Source: Botryllus schlosseri (taxonomy: Eukaryota). Taken from it: a stretch of DNA of 64,000 bases. Both the position numbers and the translations under genes were made by a program. The notes under the pieces were generated by a model. The model was not told the origin of the DNA and did not search any database. It saw only the letters and a list, made by a program, of their open reading frames with translations. Below are positions 1 through 13,872 of this stretch, in pieces. The stretch is taken from contig CM119372.1 of the NCBI GenBank assembly GCA_051294905.1, positions 1,986,001 through 2,050,000 of the forward strand, given 5' to 3'. Position 1 is the first letter of the stretch. The number at the start of each line of letters is the position of its first letter.

Positions 1-1072
1 TGAAATTAATTCACATTAATAGTTGGTAATACATTTTTATAAAAAATTCTCCGAGGGCAGAATTGACCGAGTAACCAGTGAATTGACCGGTGAATTCGGC
101 CGTCGGTAAATTCGGTCCCCGTGAATATCCGCGCTATCTCCCGTGATTACGCGATCTACGCATACCCTGACATCCAAATCACTTAATAATAGTATAATTA
201 TGTAATTAATTCATGTTAACGGTTGGTAATACATTTTAATACAATATTCTCGGTGGGCCGAATTTACTGATGTAATGGTCGAATTTGCCTGGGCCGAATT
301 TACTTTGGGGCGAGTTTACTGGCAACCCGGTACTATATTAACATAGCAATTGGGAACTAAACTAAACAATAACAAACACGAATTAGAACGCACTAATGGG
401 AAATTTGTAAGTGGTACAGAAAATCTTTTTGTCTACATAAAATAGGCTTGGTCAATTGGATGATTGTTGATTCTAAGACTTTCAAATGAAACAAGGATCT
501 AAGACTTTCAAATGAAACAAGGATCTACCTCGCGCAATGACAGTAAACATTTGGTCATTATAGTTTTGAGCGCAAGAAGGGTTCTCACTTAAATGTTGGC
601 CAATTGAAGCGTATGCTTGATAATCGTCATAACAGTCAGTTTTTGCGGCTAATTTGCATTGGCGTCCGAACTCCGTACGGTCATTTGCGCAAGTTTTTGA
701 GCGAATCAATTTGGGAATGTGTTGCGTTATCCGTTCAAACAATCTTTGTGATGTACGTCCCACATACCTACTATCACAGTGGCACTTAAATTCGTAGACG
801 ACGTTACTTGCATTTAAAGCAGGAAGTACATCCTTTCGGAAGTTTGGCAGAAGTAGTTTAGTTGTATACAGCACCGTAACTGCCGCACCCCAAACCCCCC
901 AATTGGGGGGGCGAGCACGACGGGGGCCGAAAATAATTTCGTGAATTAGCATAAATCATGGAGCATTTTTTGAAAATTTATGCAATTTTTTCAAAATTTT
1001 TTCGCGCTGCGCGCGAATTCAAGTACCCATTTATCTTTATTATTGGGTATTGGGCCATTACCGCGCAACGAC

Positions 1073-2307
1073 TAGGGTTGGGACTTCGGGATCAAATTTG
1101 AAATCCCGGGATCGGGATTTCCCGGGATTTTCGCTTCTCAATCCCGGGATTTCCCGGGATTAGTAAAATAGTAAAATACACATACAATACAAGCTACACA
1201 AATAACATTTATCCCTTGTAATATCGACGCAAAACATGAGAGCATCAAGAGCAATGATTCCAAACCGTGGCTCCAAGGTTGCGGCTCTGAGTGACCTCTA
1301 AATATGCCGCAAAAATATAATGGACGACAGTTGTTGTTTGTTTCTATGAATAGTTATAGGCAATTTCTGTATCTGAATGCTGAAATGAGGCATATTTGTT
1401 ATGCCTAAAGCCGTCCAAGACCGCTTGTGAAAACAGGGAAACAGAATTCTTGCAGACAAGCGTCAAACGCATGGATGAATACCCGCCAGACAACGATATA
1501 TTTGAGTTCTGCTGATCGCACACCTTTATATATCGACTTTGTGAATAGTAAACGTCGACACAATTTTACTAACATCAAAATAACGGCTCATAGTCAAGTA
1601 TAAATAGCAATTAGTCCAATATTATTCGGCGAATAATTCTCCCGCAAACTTGTGTATCAAGTGCTGGAATGTACGAGGATTGAGGAGCTAACACGACAAA
1701 ATATCAAGTTATACTAATGATATGCAAATTCAGTTTATTTCAATGCATATTGCATAGCACTTGTCAATCTGCGTATATAAATGCTAATATAACCGATATA
1801 GAATCAATAGAAGTCCATGTGCATGTGCATGCTGTTGAGATAGCTAGATGGTGAGATCCAGAGGTAGGTTATTCCTAGCTACCTTGAAATTTTCGTCTTA
1901 AGTATATAGCCTACTCGAGTGTTTATGCGGCTCCCTACGTATACTCCGAAGTTTGAAATGCAGCTCCGACATCCAAAATGGTGGAACCACTGATCAAGAG
2001 TATCGTCGTTTAGACGGTTCGTAAATTGTTGCTGAAATATCCTTAAAATATGGGTGTGAGCGCCAGACCTAGGCAATTTTCAAAAAGGGGTGCTGCAGGG
2101 AAAAGGGTTAAGAAACAATATTCCAAAGTTTGACAATCAGTCAAGTTTGTGACACTGCTTTACTACCAAAATAAGAGATATGGCGCTACGTAAGGCTTGG
2201 TAGATGCTGTTTACAAATCCCGGGATTTCATTGGGGTTAATCCCGGGATCGGGATTGCTTCAAATCCTGGGATCCCGGGCTCGGGATTTCCCGGGGTCCC
2301 AACGCTA
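1073..2307. mobile_element. hAT-type MITE nested in 869-3919
   Basis: TSD GCAACGAC at 1065-1072 and 2308-2315; TIR TAGGGTTGGGAC / GTCCCAACGCTA; subterminal ATCCCGGGAT repeats. Confidence 0.85.
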
Positions 2308-2968
2308 GCAACGACCCATCAACACATACAATCAAGTTTTAGGCCATATAACATGCGACTCCAAGAAGTGTGCCAGAACGATCGGCAGCGAGAAAACCTT
2401 GGCCGAAAAGGCCTATGCCCTTATGCTGACCGAAGACTTCGTTATATATACAAAATACATATAGGTTTAATTGTCCATAGGCGCCTATATGACTGGCGCC
2501 GAATGTTCCTGTCTTTGCAATCTGAAGCTCACAAGACAAATACCATCCCACTGGTAAAAATTTTATGCCGGTGAAGAAATACCAATTTGAAATCGTGTGC
2601 GTCTCTTAGTTTAGAAGACTACGTTGGGGCGATTCTATATTTTTTGATATAGCAGACTGGAAGTCACGAAATAACATCATGTAACGAAGTCATATCAACG
2701 GGTCCGCCCGCCCGAATATGTTTAATTATTATTTACGGGCCCTACCGTTTTCAAGACACTTCACTCAGCTCTACCGGTAAATCTAATTACTTGAGTAGAG
2801 AGGACAATAAATTGATAGCATGATATATATGCAATCGCCGATCTGATTGACCGATTTTATCATAAATTATCGAAAATCTTCGCGCTTCGCGCTGGCTCAC
2901 AATATAGTACAGATGATTTCGTGACAAACGCGGACAACGTGATGGAGGGGTCGTTCATCACCCTATGG

Positions 2969-3470
2969 TTGGGTTACCATACGTCCTCTTTTAAGAGGAT
3001 TTGTGGTCTTTTTTGACTTTTTTGAAAGTGTCCTCGGAGGACGCCCTTTTGTCCTCTTTTTTGAGATTTTGTCCTCTTTTTTGAAATTTAGGTCATATTT
3101 AGAGCAAAATGCGAGTAATAGGCCGTAAATTAGCACAGAAGTGACGATCCGCCTGGGCGAAAAGTTTACCCCTTTTTATTTTTATTTTTCAGTTAGCCAC
3201 CTAATAGCAATGTGGAGAGAAAAGCGGTATTTTGAGCTCTGAGCGAAAAGTTGACCTTTTTTTTAGGTAACCACCCGGCAATGTGAAGGAAGAAACGGTA
3301 TTTTGGGCTCTGAGCGTGAAAGTTGCCCTTTTTTTTGTTTTGTTTTTTTAGTCAACTGATCACAAAGTGGGAAAAATTCACCGATTTTTGAGAATTCTTC
3401 TCCGGTTTTGCAAGTCTCAAATTTCTGAAAAAGTGTCCTCTTTTTAGATTTCCAAAATATGGTAACCCTA
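2969..3470. mobile_element. hAT-type MITE nested in 869-3919
   Basis: TSD CCCTATGG at 2961-2968 and 3471-3478; TIR TTGGGTTACCATA / TATGGTAACCCTA. Confidence 0.85.
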
Positions 3471-6400
3471 CCCTATGGGAGCTCAAGACCCACGTTTTTG
3501 GGGGCCTGACGAGGTGCTGTTTCGTTCCTGCCAACGGGTATACGCCCGAAGATGTTTAGTTATTATTTACTGGTCCTACCTTTTCAAGTACACCTCACTC
3601 AGCGAGTCAGCTCTACCGGCAAATCTGATTACGTGAGCAGACAGAAGATAAAAATTGATAACAATATATATGCGATTCCCGATCATACTGACCGATTCAG
3701 CCATGAATTCTAGAAATTTCCTGCGCTTCGCGCGCTTAGGCGACAAAAGCTGATTCACTAAACAAACTCCCAACGAATATGATAAATAGCGGTAAACAGG
3801 GTATCGCCGGAGGGGGGGGGGCTGGGGGGCGAAGCCTCCCATAAGTTCGGTCTATACCCCTATGGGGGCCCAAGACAAAGTTTTTTTGGGGGGCCTGACG
3901 AAGTGCTGTGACGGCCCTGGTTGTATACACCACATGCGCATTTACACTATAATAACAACGGTGCACCGCCGATTTGATCAACTTTTCAAAACGATTGGAC
4001 ACGTTACCTAGCCAAGGTAGATGTAAAAATGCCGGGCATTTGTCTGGTCCATAATTGGGAGGTCCATCCGAACGTTTTAATACTCTTGCGATGGAGCATT
4101 TCAATATATGCTCAGGATAGCCATTTTTTGAGAGGATAGAATGGATCTTATCCAATTCACGTGGCAATTTTTCTGGCGAACAGATGCGCAAGGCCCGTTG
4201 AACCAGAGTTGATGTTAGGTTGAGTTTTCGCCGCTTCGGGCAAAAAGAATCCCAACGGGTATAATGGCCAGTGAACGTCGGCTTTCTATACACTGACGTC
4301 GAAAACATTTTTCCAGATCTCTCAACCAACACGTCTAAAAATGGAAGTGCCAAATCAGTTTCTTTCTCCACAGTAAATTGTAGAGCTGGGTGGAGACAAT
4401 TCAATTTAAAAAAAAACATATTACACTCTCGCTCATTATTGAGAGCAAAAAAGGTGTCATCGACATATCTATGGTAAAGGAGAGGTTTTGGGACGTTTGC
4501 AAACATTTTCTCTTCATGGTACCCCACAAATATATCTGCCAAACTAGGGCCCAAGGGAGAACCCATGGCAATCCCACCGATTTGCGTCTTCAGTGTGCCG
4601 TTAACTCTTGAAAAGAGGCACCCGAAAAGTATTCCAGTTGAATAAATGTTTTACTGCAATGGATGTTGTATTGAAAGTATCTTTCGTTGTAGCCTACTAC
4701 AACAAAATTTAATTGTTGCTACCATTATGCGTGATATAAGTAATGGATTTCATCATAGGTCCAGATATCGTTAAAATATAGTTTTTTCATGTAAAAAGTT
4801 GTCAGTTTTTAAGTCAAAAAGTTTTTTCAGGCCAAACTACTTCGTAAGAACAGACAGTTCCAACCAGAAATGAAGATAAGTAGTACAATTCTGACATTAT
4901 GTGAGAAAAAACCTAATTTACATACACGAGTGCAAAATTTTGTAAAAATGAAGTTTTTTTAAGGTAAAGAATGTCGACATTTTGCATTTTTAGTTCAAAA
5001 TCTTCCGTTTTACGTATAAAATAAATCGCCCTACTCATAACGTTATAAGCACCACTGTCGTATCCAATAATAATAATCTTATTCTGGCCAAAGTCTTGCC
5101 AATAATTAAATACACAGTTGTCTGGTTAAAGATGCCGTCATTCCTATTCTCGACAACCGAATTTTATCCAATTCCACCATCTAGTCTAGTTCATGTCAAA
5201 ACGGACGTCGACACATTGTGAGAAGCGTTCAGTTGATGATCTCCCAATTAAACAGGAGTTCTTAAACTTTTATGCTCGCGGACCCCTTCCCGTTTCGTGG
5301 GCGGTTGCGGACTTAAATAGAAAAAGGTCATGACATCAATCACAACTCTCTTCTGGCTATTCCATGTCAATCATCAGCGAACTAATGACTATAAGACAGA
5401 TTAGTCATAGTCCCACTTACGGCGTCATTAGGTTACCGAAGAACAATCTGGTTTTGTAGTTGCTTGATGATGCTGTTCATCATTTTCCTTTCACCGTGGA
5501 CTTCAGGTTAAGAACCCCCCGCAATAAAATATTTCGCACTAATGGAATGTATCCTGTATCGCTAAATATGAAACATTATTCTAGGACAGACCTGGTCAAA
5601 GTGCGGCCCGCGGAGCCATTCTGAGTGGCCCGCGAAGATTTGCTTTGAATTCAAAACATAACATCTACTGGCCTACTTGGAATGTTGCTGCGTGAGCCAA
5701 AACCACAGGCTGTATAAATCGGCACGGAAATTCGTTTGCTTTCCATCCTGTTCATTAATATGCCGTCACTACGCAGCCTGCTAACGCGCATGAGTAATCC
5801 AGATTCAAAATAAAGTCAATGCAGCAAAGTATACATAAACTAGTAAAGTCACAAGAAGTGAAGCTTTCCATATAGTTTAGTTCAAACTTTCTTTGTTGCC
5901 ATTATCACTTTACGCATTATACGGTCTGTGGTTCGAATTGTTACGATATATACGTTTCCAAATCCCTAATTCGTAAAACGAGTCAATCAGTGCTCGTGAT
6001 TACTATGAGTCACTTCACCATCACCCATAAACAGGCCATGTTATTTTTGACATTTCGGGAAAATGCCAAAACGGCACAAAATTTAAAATTTAAAATGCCA
6101 GAAATAAGGCTTTTTGAAAATATTGATATTTATGAAAGTTTTGGATAAAAATGTTAACAAGTATTGAAATGAGTTTGCATGAAGCGATAAAACAAGTGTG
6201 TAACCATGGTGTCCTATATGTTACAAGCAAATTATTGATTTTTAGACCGCTATTCAAAATGTTGGTTGGTTGTACCAAGTTTGCAATGCCAATTAGCATG
6301 TGACTGTTTGTTACATTGCTGCTTTACCACCAAAATCTGGTTTGAAGGACTTATCAGTTGATTTTTATATCAACCTAGCATACTTTGGATAGTAGAGAGA

Positions 6401-6559
6401 ATGATTGAAATTTCTTCATAGTTGCCAAGGAGCTACATGATCGTTGGATTTGGTGCAATGTATTTTCCATAAATGAGTTTCCTATTGCGCGGAAAGTCAA
6501 TCAACTGATGTTAAAATTTAGTGAAAAGTATTATTATAATCAACGAAAAAACTGATTCG

Positions 6560-6990
6560 TTTGTGGTAGGTCACGGCAAATTACGAGGAGAGGGTGAAAG
6601 ATGAAGAAAAGAAATATAAAGAAGAGAAGCAGAAAACTTGAATCTTGTGAATCTACTTCGATGGAAGAAAAGATGCCACTTTGAATATGGTTGCAGCACC
6701 CACTGGAAAATGCTCTATGACAGCAGAGCTGGAGGAACATATTATTTTAGTAGGAGAACCAGGTGGGTATTACCTCACTCACTTGTCACCTCCCAATGGA
6801 AAAGGTCGTGTTTTGGAAAAAGAAATGTATCAGTTTATTTCCAACACCGAACTCTGCAAAAACTTAGCGGTCGTGGGATCAGAAAGTACAGCTTCATTGC
6901 TTCAATGACAGGGAGATTCAAAGGCTGCAATCGTGCAATGGAAGAACTTTGAAAAATACCACTTTAATTACGATATGTTTTCACAGCAAT
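6560..6990 (+). pseudogene. Degenerate DDE (hAT-like) transposase fragment
   Basis: Frameshifted translation YFDGRKDA...EEHIILVGEPGGYYLTHLSP..GKG...LAVVGSEST...TGRFKGC resembles the RNase H-like core of invertebrate DNA transposases. Recognised by motif only. Confidence 0.6.
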
Positions 6991-9052
6991 GCGTAATTCA
7001 AACACGCAATACGTTACTGACCACCTCTGCTTATTTGAGCGTGCGAAACTTGAGTTACGAGAACATAGGTAGTGATGTTCCTTTTAAATGCAAGAATCCA
7101 TGATCACGTGCGTAGGTGGAGCCAAACATGGTCACTACAGCAGTACCCGCTCTAAGATGTGATTGATCAGAGACATGGTGTTAGTAGAAGCAAGTGAGGC
7201 AGTGCCTCACCTATTGTCAGCACGAATAAACGAAAATTATGAAACCTACAATTACTGTTAGTATTTTCTCTCGATGTTCATGAATGACCAGACTTTGAAT
7301 ATTTTTTTCCCAAAATCACACAATTTGCATATTTAATCTTCGAAACTAAAGCGCGAAACGAGAGCTAATGCACAGACGGGCCAAGCCTCACCATTGATAG
7401 GGCAAGTCACCATAAATAGCTTGGAACTTAATATAACTGGTATTAATCGAATGTAGCTGTCGCGTCGCACTGATTCCAAAAATCTATATACTGATCGACT
7501 TCTCAATTCTCAAAGTACTTGGCTTTAACAAAAAACGTTGCACTACATGCCTACATTTTATCGCCAGAACTACAAAGCTACTTACCAAACAAGAATGCGG
7601 ATAGCTATGTCGTTGTTTGCAATTAGATTTCGCAAATCTTGAATGTCACTTCCACGACAGTCTATTTCGCACCGTATATCAGGAAGGAAATGTGTATTTG
7701 AAAACTTCGTTGTCAGATGAGCGTCGCTGTGTCTGTTATTCTCTTTAATCAATCAACGTATCGTGCAATACAAGATTTCGAGTCGGGATCATCGAATTCG
7801 CGAGTGATGGTCGCCAAACGCGACAGTAATTTATATTTGAGGATTTTTAAAAAGGAATCTGAGCCCCTAACCCCATTGTCTTTACCTCTTAAAGATATGT
7901 TTATGTTAATACTGCCACAAGAATAATTATTCTGGCAGTGATGAACATTTACTACCAAGTAGATGCAATATTGATCAATTCAGTATAAAAATATATATCT
8001 GGCAAAGAGCCATATCTTACACCCAAAAGAGCCAAATATGTCTCGCGAGCCATAGGTTCCCGACCACTGGCCTAAAGTTTGGTATATATTTTACTGTATT
8101 TTTTCTGCTGGACAATTTATGTTCTCTTTATGGACGCGGATTTCAGTGCTGAAAGTATTCATATGCGATGTATATCAATATCGTTTTCACGGGCTCTTTC
8201 ATTGTAGTTCCAGCTTATCAGTGTCATATTCATTTTTCATATATTAGCAATTTCATCATCCAATCTCGATCACAGGCCTTCATCAAGACGTAAACGCGTG
8301 AGGAAAAGCATAATTCTCATTTCAGACATGTCTGGAACAAGATGTTTGGTCATATCAAAGTGTCAAAATTTGCCATCGTAAATACTATAAATTCAGAAAT
8401 GATCTAAATTTCAATTAAAGATTGCACGGCCTTTACTAGTCGGAATTGACTGAAATTTGGTGTGTAGAGTTTTTTTAGGCAACCTGACGATTTTATCAGT
8501 AAGCGAGTGAAATTTGGAAAAAAAGTTATTTTTAAACAACCCTATTGTACAGGAATTGGCTCTTTGGTTAAAGTAAGGAAACTGTGTAGACCAGACTGAT
8601 TAGTTCTTGCTGCTTACCCCGTTTCACAAACAAATTTTTCACTGTGAACTGTATTGGATAAACCTTTGCAACACTGATTGAAGTGCAGGACATGAAAACC
8701 TATGACTTTTTAAATATATAATATTTCTTCAGCATGAAAAAGTGGACATGAGTTGTTGAAAACTCTTCTCATGAATAGTTGAAGTTTATCGCTTCAATTC
8801 AAGTTAGATTTGTATTCGATGAGTTTCCCCACAAGCGAGGGAATGTACCGTCATCCTAGTTGGAGCTTTGGCACATGGCCTCTGATTCGTGTCTAGGAAT
8901 CTGAAGATGCACTCGCATATAGTATAAAATACTGTCACTTCACTTGATGCGATTCTAGTCTTCTTGCGTACTCAAATCAGAGTGTTTGTGTCACCCAACA
9001 CGCGAATTCGTCAACTTTAGGCCTATATGACGTCGATTTGAGTATTTAATAC

Positions 9053-10299
9053 CAGAGGTGGTCAGTAACGAAGTACTTCTACTTTTTCTAAGTACTCAAG
9101 TAATTTTCCACTACTTTTGGTGCTTACTCAAGTAGATAGAATCTTCGCTACTTCTACTTCTACTTCATAATATTTAGTGATCTACTTACTTACTTTTCGC
9201 TATTTTCAGTTTGTCAAGTAGAAGTAGTGTAACCCTCCAATTAGAAAGAGAAACTGGGGAATTCTCGGGCTGTTTTCACGGAGTTCTAACTTTCAATTTT
9301 AAGAAAATTTAAGTCAAACCCAGAATTTCCGTCGCGCTTCACATCTAGTAGATATTGAGTTACAAATATGTTTTCACGAAAGTGAATCTTATTTAGGTTG
9401 CAGGCTGCATTGCACCACATTGCCGCCCATATGACATATTTCGTCACAGTAAATATGGCCCATCATAACGTTTGAAACTACCGTTTCGCAATCTAGCATT
9501 TACCCATCATATCGTAATCTAGCAGCCAATGGCGTGTCCTAAACGGGAAAAGTTGGCTCTGACTTTTTGAGCGTTAGATCTGTTTTAGCAGACCACCGTT
9601 AAAACTGTCACGACAAAAGGCAGAAGATACATTTGCCGCTTTTCTGATGTAGTATTGGAAGTTGTCGTTAGCAATTAGCAGTATCATTAGCCTACTTTGA
9701 GTTCTAATTAGTTTCTGTTCTTTTGTCTGGAGAACATATATGTTTAAGTTTAAAAGCAAGTGTAGCATCGCCATCTATTTTCCTACGATACAATTACACC
9801 ATATGGCATTTTAACATTACGCCATAGTTCGTTATCATCGTATACGAATCGCGCAAAGTGTTAACATCGTATCCATACAACTTCTCCGTATTGCTCTTCG
9901 ACTAAATTAAAGGCCGTAATATGCGCGAGGGAACATGCCATGACATTTTCTAAAACGGTATGTTTTAGTAAACAAAAGGCTAGTATCTCATTTCCATAGC
10001 AAAACAATCATTTACAGCTCATGATTCAGTCGAATGCTCATGCTGTCGGAAATTTATACCTTCTGGGATGCATCAATATACATTGTATATGAAGCTCTCT
10101 GCACCCGCCTCATAGCTCAATTTGCAGCTTTTGAAAGTCCATGCAAACGTATTATGACCGTTTTCAAAACTACTTACTTACGCGAGTAGATTTAAAGCCA
10201 GCAAATTCTACTTCTACTTCAAGTAGTTTTAGGTTGCTTATGGAAGAAGTACTTCTACTTCTACCTGAGTAGCTTTCTTGACTACTTTGACCACCTCTG
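9053..10299. mobile_element. hAT-type MITE
   Basis: TSD TTTAATAC at 9045-9052 and 10300-10307; TIR CAGAGGTGGTCA / TGACCACCTCTG. A partial inverted copy lies at about 60020-60452. Confidence 0.85.
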
Positions 10300-11514
10300 T
10301 TTAATACACTTGTTAGCCTCTTGACATTTCATCTATACCAGCAGAATATTGAACAGATTCTGCCGTTCAGCAGAATTTAAATCTGAAGCTATACGATACT
10401 GAATAACGATGAGAGAATCATATATATGGCGATGACTATTTTCACCGGTATGGCATCGTAATTCGAGTAAATGATTACAAAGACCCGCTGGAATTATGAC
10501 TTATAGGCTAAGTACTTGCGCGAATGATGGTGGGTTGAGGACAGTAGCAAAATCTGATTGAACATCCACAAGCTACTATAAGTTGATCACTCGTCAAAAT
10601 GTGGCAGCACGTCAGCTTTTAATTTCGAAAAGCTCTTCACGCTCCTCCATTGTCTTGAGCGAAAGCATTACTTTTTATAGCGTAGTAGGCCTAGCATGAA
10701 CTATAACATATCTTGGGCTTCTTGGCTAAATATTATTATGTTGATGGTATTCATTAGGGGTTCCCAAACTAGGCGTCACGACCCCAGTGTCGTCTTTTGA
10801 TCATTCTCTGGCATTGAGTATTACAAGAACGTCAATCAAGTGGATGCTATTGGCGGCTCATTTCTTAATATTTTAGTTTATTTTTTAAAATAGAAGAAAA
10901 AACGACCTCTGAGGAATGCGAACCTGGCAAACAAGGTATCAGATCAGTCGAAGCGTCATTTTAAAGCGCCACCTACTATAACGTAAGGTTGATGTCTGGC
11001 CATTAGTATGCAGATTAAAGTGTCTGGACGGTAAATATTCCTTCTGGGAAAACTACAAGTAACCGGTATTGCTATGCATTAACTGTATAATACATACACA
11101 TGACACACGCTCATGGCGAGGTCGAATAAGTTAATATATATTTCGTATGACGCAGAAATTCACGTAGAAATACTCGCCAATTTCGATTGGATACAGATAG
11201 AATTCCTTCCGAAAGATTTAAATACGTTGCTATACTCTTGATTGAGTTGTTTCTTAATCTAAGGACGGAGGCGGAGGAGTTCATAATTACATCTCTGCTT
11301 TGTTATTTCTGCGCACATAATCGCAAGTTTTCCTACATAGGCCAATTGTAGGTTTGGGAGCAGGTGCTGACCTGATTTTAGTAATCAGCACGATAAATTA
11401 GAGAAGTGGGGTCGCCGAACATTTTAAAATCGCAATTTGTGAACCCCCGATCAAACAGAATGAACCTCGATGTTGACTCCTTGAAATGCCAATAAATTTT
11501 TTATGGGTTACTTG

Positions 11515-11724
11515 TCAGTCGGTTTTAAGATTTCGATACGCTTGTCGCAAGGAATCCAACTCCTTGTGTAGTTAATCGTTTGAATTCTTCAATGCATCCA
11601 TTTCCTTCCTCGTTTCCGCCTCCTTGTACAGTGCATCGTTCAAATTCTTCAATACATCCATTTCCTTCTTCCTCGTTTCCGCCTCCTTGTGTAGTGTATC
11701 GTTCGACTTCTTCAATACATCCAT
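11515..11724 (-). pseudogene. Decayed coiled-coil-coding tandem repeat (63/60-nt units)
   Basis: Minus strand reads MDVLKKSNDTLHKEAETRKKE-MDVLKNLNDALYKEAETRKE-MDALKNSND*LHKELDSLRQAYRNLKTD. Unit lengths are multiples of 3; in-frame stop at 11572-11574. Confidence 0.4.
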
Positions 11725-12249
11725 AGGATTGGATAAAATTATTTAGCTAGCTACGGCAATAAAATTATAATTTCCAGATTTCTGTAAAGCAGCGCTTCTT
11801 AACCTTTCCTTCAGCGCCCACCAAGGGGCCATTAGGATTTTGAAGGGGGTGGAAATGCCCAGGGTCCAATATGGGGGGTGCTGGGCTGAGGGGGCGATAT
11901 TGGGGGATGCTGAAGAAAAATGGCTTCGCAATAGATGGTGTAGTAGTAGGACATATCAATAATGAGTTTTTAGTGCAAATTAACATTCAACAAATCTCGA
12001 AATGTTTGGTCGCACTCCGTAACGATGTTTGCTGCACATGCTTTCATAAATTTAGTGGCTTAGTATAATTCATGTAAAATGAATTGCGCGTACCTTTTAA
12101 TCACCAATTACACGTTAAACAATGCCGTCACGCTTTCTAGGGTTATTTTCAACGAAATGTTTCCAACTAGGTATTGTATCCTGCAGCGCACAGCGTGTGG
12201 AAATCAAAGAAAGGGGCACTGTATATCACTTTTGAGTGAGAGGACCGAA

Positions 12250-12950
12250 ACAGCACATGCCGTACACAGGACCGAAACAGCACTTCGTCAGACCCCACTC
12301 CAAACGTTGGTATTGGGCCCCCATAGGGTGGTAAACCAAGGCCCCCCAGACCCCCCATCAACATGTACGCTTTTACCGCTGCTTATCAGCGAGATATGTT
12401 GTACAGTTTAGTGAGTTCTCTTGTATCGCATCAACCGCGCGGAAATTTTCTATATTTCGTGATTGAATGGGCCAATATGATCGGGAATTGCATATACATT
12501 GCTATCAATTTCTTATCCTCTCCCTGCTCATGTATTCAAATTTACCTGTAGAGCTGAGCGAGGTGTCTTGGAAAATATAGGGCCCATAAAGATTAATTAA
12601 ACATATTCCGGCGGACCAGTTGGTATAGTAACTTCGTTACATGATGTTATTTTTTTGACCTCCTGTCTGCTATGTCAAAATATATTGAAATCGCCCAAAC
12701 GTACGAAACTAAAAGACGCACACGATTTCAAATTGGTATTTCTGCACTGGCAAATAATTTTTCTCTCGGTCAGCAAAAAGGCATTTCTTTTCGGCCAAGG
12801 TTTTCTCGCTGCCGATCGTTCTGGCACACTTCTCGCAGTCGCATGTTACATGGTCAAATACATCATATATGTCTTGGTTCTTCGTGGCGCGTTAATGGCC
12901 GACGCTCAAATGCGCATTTCTATAAATCCTGCATTATTTTTTCTTGGGGA
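12250..12950 (-). mobile_element. Partial inverted copy of the 869-3919 element family
   Basis: Reverse-complement similarity to parts of 2330-2900 and 3480-3900. Confidence 0.6.
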
Positions 12951-13872
12951 AGGGTAACCAATAATCAAGAAATTAGACACCGTTACGATATACAATTATT
13001 ATATCGTTTATTAGTTGAGTGGTCCTCGGGCGCGATTGAAATGCGAAATATTTCCATTAGTAAAGTCTCAAGCCAAAAAGACCGACTGACTTTGACCTCT
13101 TACCAGGACGGTGAGTGCCACACCCCGACCCCCCCAATTAAAGGGCCCGAGCTCGAAGAGAGCCCAAAATTATTTCAGTCAATGAAAATAAATTAGACAT
13201 TATTCTATGACAATTTACGCAATATGTTTCAATTTTTTTCTCGCGCTGTGCGCGATTTAGCTTTGCCAAATTTTTGATTATTGGGTAGGCCTACCATTAC
13301 CCCACGACCAAATACGTATGATTTGTGAAAAATTGAAATAGGCATTTCGGTGTCGGCCATTACCACACCACGATGTCTAAAGACATATGAATTTTGGGCC
13401 ACTATGGGACTCCGAGAAGTGTGCCAAAAAGATCGTCAGCGAGAAAACCTAAGCCGAAAATGATTGCCTCATGTGGACCGTAAACTTCAATATAAATATG
13501 TCCATTAGGGTTGTTCAGAATTGACCGACTTTTAAAAAAATCATGGTTTATAGTCCGTTTCCCATGCCTTATGCCCTAAAAACATATTCTAGCTACATTT
13601 TTATGTAACTCTTCCCTTGCATCTGTGTGCTGTGCAAGTGTGCATGTTGAGCTGGAAGAAAATCGGCTGAAAATGGGGGATTCCCCTAACATTTGAGTGA
13701 CGCGATGTTACATAGTCTACTAAAATGCCATATATGTCAGGTTTTATGCAGCTGTTGTGGTTTGGGGTGATGGAAAACCTGACTCTAGATATTTTTCTGA
13801 GTTCAGGACATCATTCTATATTGCACACTGCCCTGTAAATCCTCAAACTTACCTAAAACTTAGCATAACTAC

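Larger units (their letters stand above)
869..3919. mobile_element. Non-autonomous hAT-like element inserted into the Penelope ORF
   Basis: 8-bp TSD GTTGTATA at 861-868 and 3920-3927; imperfect TIR CAGCACCGTAAC / GTGACGGCCCTG. Confidence 0.8.
393..4587 (-). mobile_element. Penelope-like retroelement (RT + GIY-YIG endonuclease), 5'-truncated and interrupted
   Basis: RT part 3920-4587 (GIAMGSPLGP, RYVDDTF, LPFLDV, VYRKPT). GIY-YIG part 393-868 (VVYEFKCHCDSRYVGRT, IGQHL). Removing the insert 869-3919 and one TSD copy rejoins VVYTT|KLLLP in frame. A 26-bp tandem duplication (472-497/498-523) frameshifts the C-terminus, whose original stop is at 393-395. Confidence 0.9.

Noticed and set aside
12655..13196. 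100- and 174-aa ORFs as genes
   Set aside because: They lie in a repeat family also present at about 2.3-2.7, 24.6 and 30.9 kb, with frames not conserved between copies.
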